A stretch of 41,232 bases of DNA from Neophaeotheca triangularis (GCA_054600435.1 BAAIJX010000049.1:124001-165232); one strand, 5' to 3'; positions 21,636 to 35,465 are shown, numbered from the stretch's first letter. Numbers and translations are program-made. The notes: a model not told the origin generated them from the letters alone.

Positions 21636-22643
21636 TGCCTAGCCAATCCCTATCGAAGAGAGAGCACCTCAACGCGGTGATAGGGTGGAACTTCTGTCTC
21701 TGGCAACAGGGCAGATGCTAAGACTCTCTCAAAATGGTTTGTATGCCTCTCTTGCTCCTCTTGTGTATAGCTGGTATACAATCTTCGAAGGTGTTGTTGT
21801 TGCCTCGCCGTCGTCGCATCCTATCCTTTTCGCCACTTCATTGTCGCCGCCCTCGGACCCCGGCGATTTAAAGCCCGACTGCCCGCTGTGACCCCCCGCC
21901 CCCACCGTTATCGCGTCGCATGAGAGTCTCCCGATTGCTGTTTCCGCTGCACTTACCCTCGCTGTCCTTGGCATCCAGCACTCCGCTTACACCCCCTTAC
22001 CTCACCGCCGCCAAGCCTACAGCGCCCAGCTTCCAACATCATTTACACGCCTCGCCTTCGCTTGCAGCCAACAGAACAAACACAAACGCCGTCGCGCTCG
22101 TCATCTACTACATATATAAGACTCAATAACCTCGCCGCCGCTACTCGATCATACCCAGTTAAACCTTACAATACCCTCACGTCCACCCTATCTGGGTTCC
22201 TTCGCAATTCCCTTTCCCACTCTCGCCGTCCTTGGCAACATTGGAACCCCCCTCTTGCACCTCCGTACTTGCTCACACCCCTCCACCTCACCTACGCCAT
22301 ACTTACACGACTCTGAAACTTGGTCCCCACACCTCGCCTTCGCTTCTAGCTAATGAAACACACACCAAAGTCATTGTCCGTGCTTTCAGCTTCAAACCTC
22401 AGTCATGGAATCAGTCGCGTATTCACCTTGCCGTCGCCGCTCGAGCCCAGACTACCATGCATGAAAGGTTGCGGCTCAGACATTGTGGCTTGATACTAAA
22501 ATATTCATGCAAGGTGTGTCATGTACGGACATTGATAGTGCAAATGTCCACATAGCTGTCTTGAGACGGCTGCCCGTACTTCGTCCACTTCCTCTCTTCC
22601 GTCTCATTACCCACAAGACTCCGCTGCCCGTCCAGCCCATGAG

Positions 22644-23858
22644 ATGGCCGATTCTCAATTCGAGGATTTTCCACCGGAGATCTTCGAAAATCATCAACGC
22701 ACACATGAGCTTACAAGACCTATGCAACATCCGCTTGGCAAGCCGCTCCATGGCTTCAAAAGCAACACAGAGCCATTTCGGCCCATTCTTGCGCTCCCGA
22801 TGTGCCGAAGTGACAAGGTCAGCGCTGGTGACCATGGCCGAGCTGATTGCTGAACCCCGCAGCTGAAAGGCTAGCTTCGAGATCTGTGTGGCACATGGCA
22901 GACCGGACGTTCCAGACTTGCACGCTTGCCTTGAGAGCTGCTTCGTCAACGGTTCAGGAGCTCGATTTATTTGCTAGCTCCTTTTCAGGCCGCTGCAGTC
23001 TTCAGTGTAATTAGCTGAGTCGTTGCTATGGGCACGCTGTCTTCACGCTGACTAGCCTAGAGTCTTTGCCTCTCAGCATATCCGATTGTATACTCGACGA
23101 GCCCGCGCACGAAAGCGTGTCGACTGGTGACCCAGTTGAAAGAGTAACTTGGCCCGCAGATGCAGATGCAACGGCAGCCAAATCGCCATTAAATATCAGA
23201 AGAACTGAAGAAGCAAATAGCCTCGGACGAAGATTCCGGCGGTCTGCTCACGCTGTTAGATAACTTGCAAACAAGTGTATAAGCTCGACCTGAAGCGCTA
23301 ATAAGTGTGACAGAGATCTTCCGAGCTGAACGACTACAGAGGCGCAAGATTCATACGACGCCTCACCGAGCGCGCTCGCCTCAAAACCCTTCAAGTCTTG
23401 TCTCTGGGCAATTTCGCAGTGCGAGAGCAGGCCTTAGTAGCCCTCCTCCAAAGATATGCAATCCGCGATCTCACGCTCATCGCAGTGTCGTTGGAAACCG
23501 GCAGTGGTGCTGGGACACCGTCTTCGCGCACTGCGCTACCACAATGCGTGCCCTCAACCTGGAAGTTCTGTATCAGGACGCCCAAAGGCTTCTGTTCGGC
23601 GATTCTCTCCCGGAGATTGAGAAGTCTTTACTCAAGAGCTTGCGCAAATTCCAAAATATACTTGTACGCCATGGCGATGAGTTGGGGACGCCGTTCGTCT
23701 GGACTCTTCCACGCTTTCGCCGTTTGGGACCTGGTACTGTTGTCGATGAGCGCATGGTAAGGACGAGGAACTTCTTTGGGCCGCCCGTGTCGCCTTACCC
23801 CGGTCCACACCATGGAGTAAAGAGCGTCGAAGGAGGAGCTTCACAGCCTGGAGTCTAG
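22644..23858 (+). pseudogene. F-box domain protein pseudogene (several frameshifts and stops)
   Basis: MADSQFEDFPPEIFE /frameshift ~22690/ IINAHMSLQDLCNIRLASR is an F-box-like motif. Further pieces in changing frames: ALRAASSTVQELDLF...RCSLQCN*(TAG 23012), LTSLESLPLSISD, GGLLTLL/TCKQVYKLDL, LQVLSLGNFAVREQALVALLQR...SLETGS/WDTVFAHC...LEVLYQ, ending RTRNFFGPP. Confidence 0.7.
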
Positions 23859-25382
23859 GCGACCGCTACCTGCCTTATCCCGCTATGTAGTCGTTCCTCC
23901 AGCGTGGTAGCATGGTTCCACGGCCCGTGTAAAAATAAGGTACGGTATGGCGCCCCTCGTCTTGCTCAAAGTTCGTGCATCGATTCCCTCCACTGGCGCT
24001 CAGCGTGATGTTCGCGTCTGGGTGTACGCTCTCAAGAACATTCCATGTTTTTCTTTCAGCGATTCGACGGGCCGAGGAAATGAATGCTGCAAACTGGTGG
24101 GGGGTACGCACACCTAGATGTGCTGCTGCAGCTTCGGACCTCGTCATACATATGCCCGGCTGGGAGCTCTATGCACTCCTACCTTCCTACTAACTTGCCG
24201 CTCGAATACCTAAGGTAGGCAGTTATAGTACCCTTGCGAAGTACCTTAGCTTAGCTTGATCAAGGTCTCCAACGTTAGGTTACTTCTAGACGTTATATCT
24301 GGAGCTCTTTAACAACGTGGCCTCAACTAGCATTAAAAGACCCTTGATCCTTTCGACCTCGTTCAAGATTATCGAACGCAATACCTTTTAGTCCGTGAGA
24401 TGGAAAGAAAACTCTAGGCGAGTGTCACTTGCAAAGGCACTGTAAGGAGACTACTGTGAGGTATCACGCTTCCCGTCTTTTACCCCAGCTTCCAGCTTCC
24501 AGCTTCATCAGCCAAGCAATGAGGCGCTTATTGATTTCCCGCGGGCGGCTGGCAGCTTGCTGCACGTGCGTACCTAGATTCAGGCTGTATTATTACCACA
24601 GAAAGGTAGATTACTAGTAGATTGGCTTTGTCTATGTACCTCCTACCATGGCTTGCTGGGAGAAGTGAGTAGGTATGTTCCTACCGGATTGTTCTTCGGG
24701 CAAAACGGATACGTGTTGGCGTTGGCGTTTAACAACCGGTGGAAGGGAGTGACGGTATTATGATTATTGATTCACCGCGCCCTTTTTGGGTTTGTTTAAT
24801 CCCCCAGGTTTAGGTAAGGTAGCTCAGGTATTATTGCCCGTTTAAGCGAGTGATGGTGGCACGTTCTTGTCGAGCTGGCCGAACCGCAACGCTGGGTTCC
24901 GTGGTCCGAACCGTCGCCGCCTCTCCGCCGCCGCCATCGTTCAGTTCGAGTTCAGTTCGTCCAGTGGCCGCGCTTTCGTCTGGTCTGACCTCTCTGCCCA
25001 CCCTAACCTGCTACCATCTGGATACCTACAGGCTACAGCAACCCATCTCGACCGACTGGAACATTTCTTGCCCGCAGAACCTTCTAGCCGCCATCTCGCA
25101 CAACTCACGCCCCCGCCCCTCATCATTCTTCGCAGAAGCTTGAAAGAAAGCCCTCCACACCTTCCCCCCCCAATCAATGCGCGTTCCCGCCCGCAGCAGA
25201 TGACCGCACAGCTACGCGCTTGGCCTGGCTAGCAGCGCATTCAGTACCGTGAAGTAGGGAGCAAAGGCAGCAGCAGATTGCGGACGTTGACGGGGACCTG
25301 GACTGGACTACGACGACAGCGCAGCGCCATCATCGACGCCGCCGCCGCCGCCGCCAAGATCTGCGCTTGAGGTGTATTGAGC

Positions 25383-28300
25383 ATGACGTTGCGTGGCAAG
25401 CGCAGCGGCGAGCAGCAGCAGCAGCAGCAGCAGCGCCATGGCTCTACTGAGAGCAATAACTCCACCGGCACGGTCAAGGGGCCGCCGGTTTATAAGGACA
25501 GTTTTGGAGGCACGAAAGGCACACCGGTGAAGGTTTCGGCGGCGGATAGAGAGAGGAAGTTGCAGTAGGTTTATGCTTTTCGTGTCTCTTTTGCTTTTCT
25601 TTGCGGCGGAGGTTTGGTTCGGAAGGTGGATATTGTGGGCTAGGTGGGTATTGTGGTAGGAAACGGATGTTCCAAGCGGGAGATATGCTTGTCTCGGATA
25701 CCAACATGCGATGGCTGGCTAACTATATCTTGGGAAATTTGCAGACTCGAAAGGGACTCGGAGGTTTCGCCTGGGACGACGTACTCGAAACCTGTTCCCG
25801 GAAATGCGCGCCAGAATATTGCGCCATGGGAGGACGGGACTCAACAACAGGGACGAGGCCCGTCTTTCACCATCCAACCACCTAACTCGGCTTCTTGGAA
25901 TAATAAGCAGGGCGCTCAATCGAATCCGAATAGCTCGACCTCCTGGGGCAACCAAGGTGCTCACGCCGGCGGTACCAGCGGCAGTCACGGCAACGGTCGC
26001 TCTCCCCCAACTCCTCAAATGCCTTCCTCTGTCTTTGGCAGCTTTTACAATGAATCGAATGAGAATCTGGGTCAGGTGTCTCCTGGGTATGCACCACCGA
26101 ATGGTATGGGGTTTCCAAAGGACGGGGAGGATCGACGGCCTTCCATTGCGAGTGCGACAACGGTCTCTTCCACGGGCTCTAAGAACAGTATATCCGGCCG
26201 CGCGCGGAAGAAGTTGCAAGGGTTCTTTGGGGACGACTATAAAGAGATGGTCAATGAGCATAATAGCAGGCAAAATAGCGAGACCAGCTCGATGCAGAGT
26301 AGCTTGCCGCCTTTTGCGCCCGGTGGAGCGAGAAACAGGAACAATTCCATGAATGATGCGATGATGAGAAGTGGACCACCCAGCCCGACAAGTGGCTCCA
26401 GACCTAGGACGCCGGGACCTAGCAGTGAGGTCACACCTTGGGTGTATCAGGATGACAACCAGGTAGGATGATGTGCGTAACGTTTCTTGAAGCAGGTGTA
26501 AAGCTAACCCACGTCTTGTAGAAACCGCAATCGGGCAGCAACGAGACGGACCCGGGTAAGAGCCGCGCAACAAAAGTCTCCCACAGACTCCACCTACCGG
26601 GCCATCGCCACAATCGAAGCAACGAAGAGAAACCCTCCATCAGCCACGGATATCCTATGCGGCCGTCCACTAGTAGAGAGCAGTCTTCCACGCAGCGTGG
26701 CGATGGTGCTCCCTCGGCGGCAAGCTCCTCCCTCAACCTTCGCACGCGCGCGACCAGTCCAACGCCTAGCGCGCATTCGACTCAAAGTGCGCAAACACAG
26801 CGATCGCCCAGTGGCGCTACTTCGAATCCTCATCAAAAACGATCGCTCTTCGACAAAGTCACTGGTAGACACAAGGGTCCCGACGGCAAGGGCATCATTA
26901 CTTCCCATCTCCCGCAATCAGCCTCGACCACATCGTTGGGGTTGAAGCAAAATCCGAAGCCCAACCAAAAGAATCAGGACAGTTCGCTGTCGAAATCGGA
27001 AACAAAGTCAAAGACCGCGCCCCAAAACGGCAACATGGCGCCCAAGCAGGGCCACAGGTTACCTTTCAGAAGTGCAGCGAAGCGCGGCGATACTATGACG
27101 GAAAAGGGCAAGATTGCTGATCCCAGTGCTGCGAAACCAGAGGGCGACTCTTCGGCGCTCTTCCACCTCGATACCGACATCTCGCATATGGAGGGCATCG
27201 TGGATTCTCGACAACCTCCGCTGACGCCGCAGAATGACTACAGCGACTGGATGGCCGAAGGACCCAAGGACAAGGTGCAAAATGATGACGGCGGTGCCTG
27301 GGACGCGCCGGACTCGTGGGCCGTGAAGCGCGTGCAGGACGACAATGTGGGCCGATTACGGGAAGCAGACGATCAAGGCAACGTCGCCAAGGATGATGAC
27401 CCAGGTCCAATGTATTTCATGCGCATCTTCCGGGCTGACAGCACTTTCGCCGTCATCTCTGCTGGACTGAATACCACGGCTGCCGAGCTCATCAGTATGA
27501 TGGCCAAAAAGACGTTTCTGCAGGATGAGTTGGATAACTACCAGCTCGTTATGCGAAAGCAAGACACCAGCCGGCAGCTTGAGCCAGGAGAGCGGCCGCT
27601 CGTGTTGCAGAAACGGTTGTTGGAGCTGGCGGGTTTTAAGGAGAATGATCGTCTTGAAGACCTGGGACGTGAGGACCATGGCTACCTCTGTCGCTTCACT
27701 TTTCTGCCGGCCAAGATGAGCGGATACTCGAGTCTGGAGCGCGACCCGGGTTTTAACAAGATGCAACGCTTCAACCATATCGATCTGTCGGGTAGGAATC
27801 TTGTCACCATCCCCATCACGCTTTACCAGAAAGCCACTGAGATTATTACGCTAAATTTGTCGCGGAACTTGACGCTGGACATTCCAAAAGACTTCATTCA
27901 GAGCTGTTCTAATATTCGTGAGATCAAGTACACTAGCAACGAGGCGTGGAAGGTTCCTCCCAGTCTGGCTCTCGCGACGAAGCTGAATATGTTGGATATT
28001 TCCAACAACAGGCTGGAGCAGCTCGATCACGCGGAGCTTTACAATCTCAAGGGGTTACTGAGCCTGAAGCTTTCGAATAACCGGTTGACGAGCGTACCTT
28101 CTTACTTCTCGCAGTACTATTCGCTACGAAGTCTGAACCTGTCATCCAATTCGCTGACAGAGTTTCCAAATGCGCTGCGAGGGTTGACGACGCTGGTGGA
28201 TCTCGATGTCAGCTTCAATACTATTTCCAAACTCGACTCTATTGGCGCGCTCGTGAACCTCGAGAGGCTGTGGGCGACGAACAACAAGCTCTCCGGGCCC

Positions 28301-31300
28301 TTTGACGAGTCTTTCAAGAATCTCACGAACCTCAAGGAGATTGACGCGCGCTTCAACGCCATCACAAATATTGATATCGTGTCCCAGCTGCCGAAGCTCG
28401 AGATGCTCATGGTTGGGCACAACTCCATCTCCGCTTTTGAGGGCTCGTTTGCGAAGCTAAAGGTGTTGTTTCTGAACCACAACCCCGTCACTCGGTTTGA
28501 CCTCAACAGCCCCGTGCAGAGTTTGCAAGTCCTGAACTTGGCTTCGGCCAAGCTCTCGCAGCTCCCAGACGCCCTCTTCATGAAAATGACAAACCTCACA
28601 AAACTAACCATCAGCAAGAACCATTTCGTCTCGCTGTCCGCGCACTTTGGGCATCTAGCCAAGCTAGAATACCTGAGCATCGCCAAAAACGAACTCAACC
28701 GTATACCCGCAGAAATAGGCCGGTTGACGGAGCTACGCTACCTCGACGTTCGCGAAAACAACCTCAGCCAACTCCCGCCGGAATTATGGCTAGCCAAGCG
28801 CCTCGAAACTCTCAATGTCTCTTCCAACGTCCTCAATGACTTCCCCAAACCCGGCGCGCAACTACCGCCTCTTCCAGAAACGGTGCAAAACACTCCAACG
28901 CAGACACCGCACGTGAACAATTCCTCTCCCGACTTTGAGGAGCTAGGTAAGCTCGAGGATTTTCAATTGCGTCGCCCTTCGCAGGCGAGTAATGGCATGC
29001 TTTCAGTTTCAAGCTCGCCTGGCACCGCTTCCCGCAAAGGCTCCATGGTGAGCTACTCATCGCAGAAACCCAGCATGATCGGTAGGACCCCGACGGCAGG
29101 CTCCGTGGGAACCATTACGCCGGCCACCAGGAAGGACTCGACGCTGAGCAGTAGGCTTGCCTCGACGTTTTCGACCTCGCTGCGCCATCTTTTCCTCGCG
29201 GACAACAGGCTCGAAGACGATGTCTTTAATGAGTTGGTCCTGCTGCCTGAATTGAGGATTCTGAACTTGAGCTACAACCAGCTTTACGACATCCCGCCCC
29301 GGACCATCAAGCGCTGGACGCATCTCACGGAATTGTACCTGAGTGGCAACGATCTGAGCAGTTTGCCCACGGAGGATCTGGAGGAAGGAAGCTCGCTCAA
29401 GGTTTTGCACATCAACAGCAACAAGTTCCAGACGCTACCGGCGGAGTTGGGTAAAGTGCAGAAGTTGGCGATTCTGGACGTCGGCAGCAACATGCTCAAA
29501 TACAACGTCTCCAACTGGCCGTACGACTGGAACTGGAATTGGAACCACCAGCTCAGGTATCTGAACCTCTCCGGCAACAAGCGGTTGGAGATTAAGCCCA
29601 GCGCCAATGCCCCAAGTAATCGGGATACGAAGGATTTGACAGATTTCAGCTCTCTCGGCAATTTACGCATATTGGGCTTGATGGATGTTACTCTTACGAT
29701 CCCTTCGGTGCCCGATCAAGCGCCTGATAGGCGTGTACGCACTGCTGGGTCCATTATTGGTACGACTATGCCTTATGGTATGGCGGATACTCTTGGCCGC
29801 AACGAGCATCTTTCAACTGTGGACATGGTGGTGCCACGTTTTCGAGGGCACGAGGACGAAACGCTCATCGGGCTGTTCGACGGGCAAAGCCTGTCCTCGG
29901 GTGGCAGCAGAGTGGCCAAATACTTGCACGAAAAGTTCAAACACCACTTTGTCAACGAGCTCGAGAATCTCAAGCCAGCCAGTCAAGAGACACCCGCCGA
30001 CGCTCTGCGACGGACGTACCTAGGCCTGAACAAGGAGCTGGCAACTGCGGCAACCCAGGCCATCGATCAGCGCGAACATCCCAGCTCCGCTCTCGTCCAC
30101 CGCGGCTCAGTCACCGGGCCCGACCTCTCTGATGATGACGTCAACTCTGGCAGCGTCGCGACTGTCATGTACCTCCACGGCATGGAACTCTACATGTCCA
30201 ACGTGGGCGACGCGCAAGCCCTGCTCATTCAGTCTGAAGGCGGCCACCGCGTCATCACCCGCAAACACGACCCGGCCGAGCACGAAGAACGGCAGCGCAT
30301 CCGCGAAGCCGGTGGTTTCGTGAGCCGACAAGGAAAACTCAACGATCAGCTAGACGTCAGCCGCGCTTTTGGCTATGTCCAATTGTCTCCTGTCGTGATC
30401 GCCGCTCCCCACGTCACAAACTTCACCATCAAGGACTCCGACGAGATGCTCCTGCTCGCCAGTCGCGAACTGTGGGACTACCTGACGCCGGACTTTGCCG
30501 TTGACGTTGCGCGCTCTGAGCGCGGCGACTTAATGCGCGCGGCGCAGAAACTCCGCGACTTGGCCATAGCTTTTGGCGCCACGGGCAAGATCATGGTGAT
30601 GATGGTCGGCATTTCGGATTTGCGGAAACGCGAGCGTGCGCGCTTTAGGACGCACAGCATGTCCATGGGACCTTCGGGGAGTCCGGACGATTACTTCACC
30701 GCTGTGCGCGGTAAGCGGCGCGGCAGGGATAATGTTGGTGACTCGAAATTGGCGCGGCTGGATCAAGAGGTCGAGGCGCCTATGGGTGAGGTCACGCTCG
30801 TCTTTACCGATATCAAGAACTCTACTATCCTGTGGGAGACGTATCCGATCGCCATGCGCAGTGCTATCAAGATGCACAACGAGGTTATGCGCAGGCACTT
30901 GCGCATCATCGGTGGCTACGAGGTCAAGACCGAAGGCGACGCTTTCATGGTGGCTTTCCCCACCGTCACGTCGGCTTTGCTGTGGTGTTTCACCATCCAA
31001 AGCCAGCTGCTGGAAGTGCAATGGCCGCAAGAGATCCTCTCCTCCGTCCACGGTGAAGAAGTCCAAGACGCCGACGGCCAAGTCATTTTCCGCGGTTTGA
31101 GCGTCCGCATGGGTATTCACTGGGGCCAGCCCGTCTGCGAAACCGACCCCGTGACCAAACGCATGGACTACTTCGGCCCCATGGTCAACCGCGCGGCGCG
31201 CATCGAGAGCGTCGCCGACGGCGGCCAGATCTGCGTGAGCTCCGACTTCATCGCCGAAGTGCAGCGACTGCTAGAATCGCACATCGAGACCGACCGAACG

Positions 31301-32036
31301 GGCTCCTCGGGCAGCGAAGACGCTCTCAACGACGACCTCATGTCCGCCGCCATCCGGCGCGAACTCCGAAGTCTCTCCTCGCAAGGGTTCGAAGTCAAAG
31401 ACCTCGGGCAGCGCACGCTCAAGGGCCTCGAAAACCCCGAGTACATCTATCTCATGTACCCACATTCCCTCTCCAGCCGTCTAGTGGTACAACAGCAAAA
31501 AGCCGAAGCCGAGTCGCGTGCCCAACACGCCAAGGACGACGACCATCACGCTGTCAAGGCCCGCAATTCGGAGTTGACCATCGATACGGAGAATGTGTGG
31601 GATCTGTGGAGCGTGAGTTTGCGTTTAGAGATGCTGTGCTCGACGCTCGAGTCGAGGGAGAATACGACTTTGAAAGCTCCCGAAACGGCGGTTTTGGAGC
31701 GCATGCGGGAGCGTGGCGGCGAGATTACGGATCGCTTCTTGGTCAATTTTGTTGAGCATCAGATTAGTAGGATTGAGGTGAGTCTTTCCCCAACCCCCCG
31801 TGCTAGACAGACGGCTTATCTCATCTCCGCTGTCGGCTACGAGAGAATCCTCAAATGCTAACCACCGCCAGACGTGCATATCCACTCTCGCCCTACGCAA
31901 CATGATGCGTCCCTTCCGCAACGGCTTGCTCGAGCAAGCGGGCCCAATGTCGGAGATCCTGACCGAGGTTCAGGGCAAATTGGATCAGTTGAAAGCTTTC
32001 CAGGACGGCGAGGGGGTTTCCATGGCGCCGAGTTGA
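25383..32036 (+). CDS. CYR1: Adenylate cyclase (RA domain, LRRs, PP2C-like domain, class III cyclase domain); ~2106 aa, 4 exons
   Basis: Exons 25383-25564, 25745-26462, 26522-31777 and 31872-32036, joined through GT-AG introns of 180, 59 and 94 nt, each with a GCTAAC branch site; total 6321 nt in frame. Motifs: WDAPDSWAV, RIFRADSTF, many LRRs, NWPYDWNWNWN, PP2C-like GLFDG...SNVGD...SRAFG, catalytic FTDIKNST, YEVKTEGDAFMV and DYFGPMVNRAARI. Exon 1 is the least certain part. Confidence 0.97.
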
Positions 32037-33481
32037 TTGCAAGTATCGCCGCGTCTCTTGCACTCTTCTTGCGGCGAAATGGCTTTCATGGATGGATCGT
32101 TCTAGTTTCGAATGGCAGGGGGTTGATTGAGCATAGCGCTAGGTGTTCTCGAGGCGTTTTATCTGCGGTCGTGTCCCATCGAGGCGCATGCTTGCCCGAG
32201 CTGGCTGGCTCGCTCGATCGGGCTTCCTTCTTTCTTCCTCGCGTGAGGATTTCGGCTTGGCTTTTGCTTTTGCAATGGGTTCCGGGGGAAAACAATCATG
32301 ACTGCCACGCTCCATGTTACGAATAGGCTCGGAGTTTTTCTTCACCGCAGGCGTTGGCGGATTGGCTGGCTGCCTGGCTGGCGCCTTTTGGTTCTCGAGC
32401 CAGGGCAGGCGCGGAAATTGGTTTCGGGTCGTTTTCGCTGGTGAGGCCGGGGGGTTTTCTCGGAATTCTTCCTTTGGGTAACCGGACGCGATTTAGCTAG
32501 CTAGCTGACTAGTCTCATTGTACGAAGACGGCCTTTGAGAGTTGTAAATTCCGCTTGCTTTCCTGTTTTGGTACCCCTTTTTTTAGTGAGGGTTTTCTGG
32601 CCTCTCTGACCCTCGTGCTCTCGCTTGCTGGTACTGGAGACTTTTGCCGTCGCTAGATGATTGATCCACAAAGCAGGCAAAGCGAGGGTTCGACTATTGA
32701 GCCACGAGGCATGAAGGGGTGAATCGGAATGAGAGGATATCGGGAATGGATAAGCGAAAAACCCAGGCAAAAAGACAGAAAATACTTGACATACCTGCGA
32801 CGGCTTGGGTTGCAATGGTATCAATCCACCCGCTTCAGTGCTTGGACGCGGCAGAGGGAGGATAGTAGTCGGAAGGTTGAAAGGTACAAAGGGGGGGGGT
32901 CCAAGCCCGATGGCAAGACTCCCTACATACACAAACCCCCGTTCCACTCCTATATGATCACGCGCGACGAGCCGTTGTTGTGTGAGCGAAGCAAGGCAGG
33001 TAAAGCTGTCCTGGACTTTAGATTGCCGCATATGCCTTGGGTCCACTTGGCTGTCTGTGGTCGTGTGTAGAAAGAGGGACCATAGGATAAACCATAACCT
33101 ATCGAATCTAGGAAAAAGGAGCTTTTGAGAAGGACAAGTGAGGCTATTGGCGGGAACCAGCGCTGTACACACGGGCAATGATGGCATTATCCAGGTGACT
33201 GCTGCTCTATGGTGCGAGTCGCGAGCAGGTTTATTGTTTGAGAGAATCCTGATGGCAGTGGCAGTCCCATGACTTTGAGCGAGGGACGCTGGAAAGCACA
33301 AGAGTATTGAGGGGACAAAACTCGGCATAGTCGCCATCGTGGCATTGAAGACACGCTCCTTCTATACGTTATTTCTGTCCAAGAGCCTTCTTCTACGTAC
33401 AGCCCCACATACATCGTCGCTCGAGACAAAGCATGCCAAGCACAATTACCCCCGTCCTGTCACCACGGCCCTTCCCGCACC

Positions 33482-35465
33482 CTAAGATGCCTTGACGTTA
33501 ACCTTGCCCATCATCTTAACCATCTCCCCATCCCCGACAAACTCCAACCCACTCCCCTTGCCCCCCTCCTTAACCCCCTTGGCAGCGACCCAAGCAGTCC
33601 TCAAACAATCATTAACCCCGACCCCATTAACCCAATTCCCCGCAACTTTGACGCGGCCCTCGAACAACTTGCTCAAATTCGCCCGCGCAGTCTTCAGTCG
33701 CTCTTCATGCCCCACGTGGTACTGAGGGATACAGTCTTTTTGCAAATTGACGGCGTACGCTTCGGGGCTTTCGGAGATGTTGAGGTGGCGCTGCAGCAGC
33801 GATTTGGCGAGTTCGAGGCCTTCGGATTCCGAGGGGTGGCTGGGCCAGCCGTCCCACCAGTGCCCGCCGAGCATGACTGTTAGTTTGGTGCCGCGTTTGC
33901 CGGGAGCGAGGTTGTCTTGGGCGGGTAAGGGCCGGGAGGGGTCGTGCCAGCGGAAGCTATTGGCGACGAGCGAGGATTCCGTGATGCTGTTAGGGGAGGG
34001 GTCTTGGGTGTGTGCGGGCGAGTAGTCGGTGTCGAAGACGACGCCGAGAGCGCGCTCGGGGTTTTGATCGAAAGGCGTCGCCTCTGGAATAAGATAGCCG
34101 AAACCCGGCGGGTGTAGGTTGGGGGATCGGTAGTAGAGGTTTACGGTCATGACGGTGACGGTGGGAATCTCCGGGACAATGGGGAGGGAGGTTGTGGCGT
34201 TGAGGTGGGCGGGCGAGAGGGCGGAGATGACGTGCGTGTGGGTGTGTTGTTGGGAGGGGCCTTCTTGCGTCGCTCTGGTCGTGATTTGCACGCCCGTGTC
34301 TTTGCCGCTCTCAGACCGAATGAGAGAAAGGCTGTCCACCGGCGTGCTCCTCTTGAACTCCACATTGCCCGTGGCGAACAACCTCTCATACAGTTTGTCC
34401 GCCAACTGCCCCAAACCCTCACGGAAGGTAAAAACCGAGTTCTCCTTGAGAGTATTCCTTAATCGCTTGTCCCACTTGTACTGCGACATCTCCTTCAAAA
34501 ACTCCCCCTCATGCTTCTGAACCACCAAACCCCCCTCCGACTGTGCTTTCAAGAACCCCGCATATATGCTCCCTTCCTGTCCCTCCCACCGCCACGGCGT
34601 CGGAAACAAGCTCTTCACCGACAACTTCCACACATCACCCGCATAAATCCCATGAATAACCCCGGACAACAGCTCCGAGACGGTCCGCTCTCCCAAGCGC
34701 CTGGCAAAAAACGCCCCGACACTCTCATCCACCGCGCGCGGCTCCGGCACCGAAGTAAAAGGCTCCTTCACCACAGCCCAAGGCACGCGCCTCAGCGTAG
34801 GATTCCCAAGCAAATTGTAAAGATTCCCCAAAACCCCGGCCGACGGATGCGGCATTCGCACCAACTGGTCGGGATAGTACAAAAACCGACTAGTAGCCGC
34901 GGGCGCCGTCTTCTGGGTGAAAATGGTCTCGCTGGCCAAATCCAGCTCTTGGATCTAAAAGGAAAAGAAAGGACCCCTCAACACGTCAGCAAAAAGACAA
35001 ACACCCATCTACAACCGAAAAAAACATCCTCACTCAACCACCCCACCCGATCTGTCCCCCCCCCCCCCCTCTCGCCCCCAAACCACCACCAACTCCCAAC
35101 CTGCGAGTATCACTCACCAGCCTCCCGGCCAAAACCCCGTTGCCTTGCGTCCTCAAGGTCCTTGGCCCGCTTTCGAAAAGCACATTTCCACCTTCCACTT
35201 CCACGCGCTTCGAATCCAGCCACCCTCCCATCCGCTCGCCGGCTTCGTAGATGGTGATGCGGGACTTGGGCAATTGCTGGGAGAGATAGTAGGCGCTGGC
35301 GAGACCGGTGATGCCGCCGCCGAGGACGGCGACGTCGTGGTCAGGGGGGTTGGTGGAGGTGGAGTAGCGGGGGGCGAGAAAAGGGAGAGAGGAAGTTGGG
35401 CAGCGGCGTAGGAGCCGCTGGGGTAGCGCGCGTTTTAGCCCGCTTGCATGGTTGAGGGGGGGCAT
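33482..35465 (-). CDS. HEM14: Protoporphyrinogen oxidase, mitochondrial; ~606 aa, 2 exons
   Basis: Exons 35465-35118 and 34954-33482 with a 163-nt GTGAGT...GCTGAC...TAG intron. Arg/Ser/Leu-rich presequence, FAD motif VAVLGGGITGLASAY, FESGPRTL, HGIYAGD, GFGYLIP, CIPQYHVGH and GVGVNDC. Confidence 0.95.

Noticed and set aside
21648..21685. CCCTATC...GATAGGG inverted repeat
   Set aside because: Only 7-bp arms; expected by chance and not bounding any element.
31778..31861. ORF-track C-terminus of adenylate cyclase (VSLSPTPRAR...)
   Set aside because: Read-through into a GTGAGT...GCTAAC...CAG intron; the spliced end is TCISTLALRNMMRPF...APS at 31872-32036.
32501..33337. 278-aa minus-strand ORF between CYR1 and HEM14
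   Set aside because: It lacks the codon bias of neighbouring genes and any motif, and lies in convergent 3' flanks; probably chance, though not excluded without RNA data.
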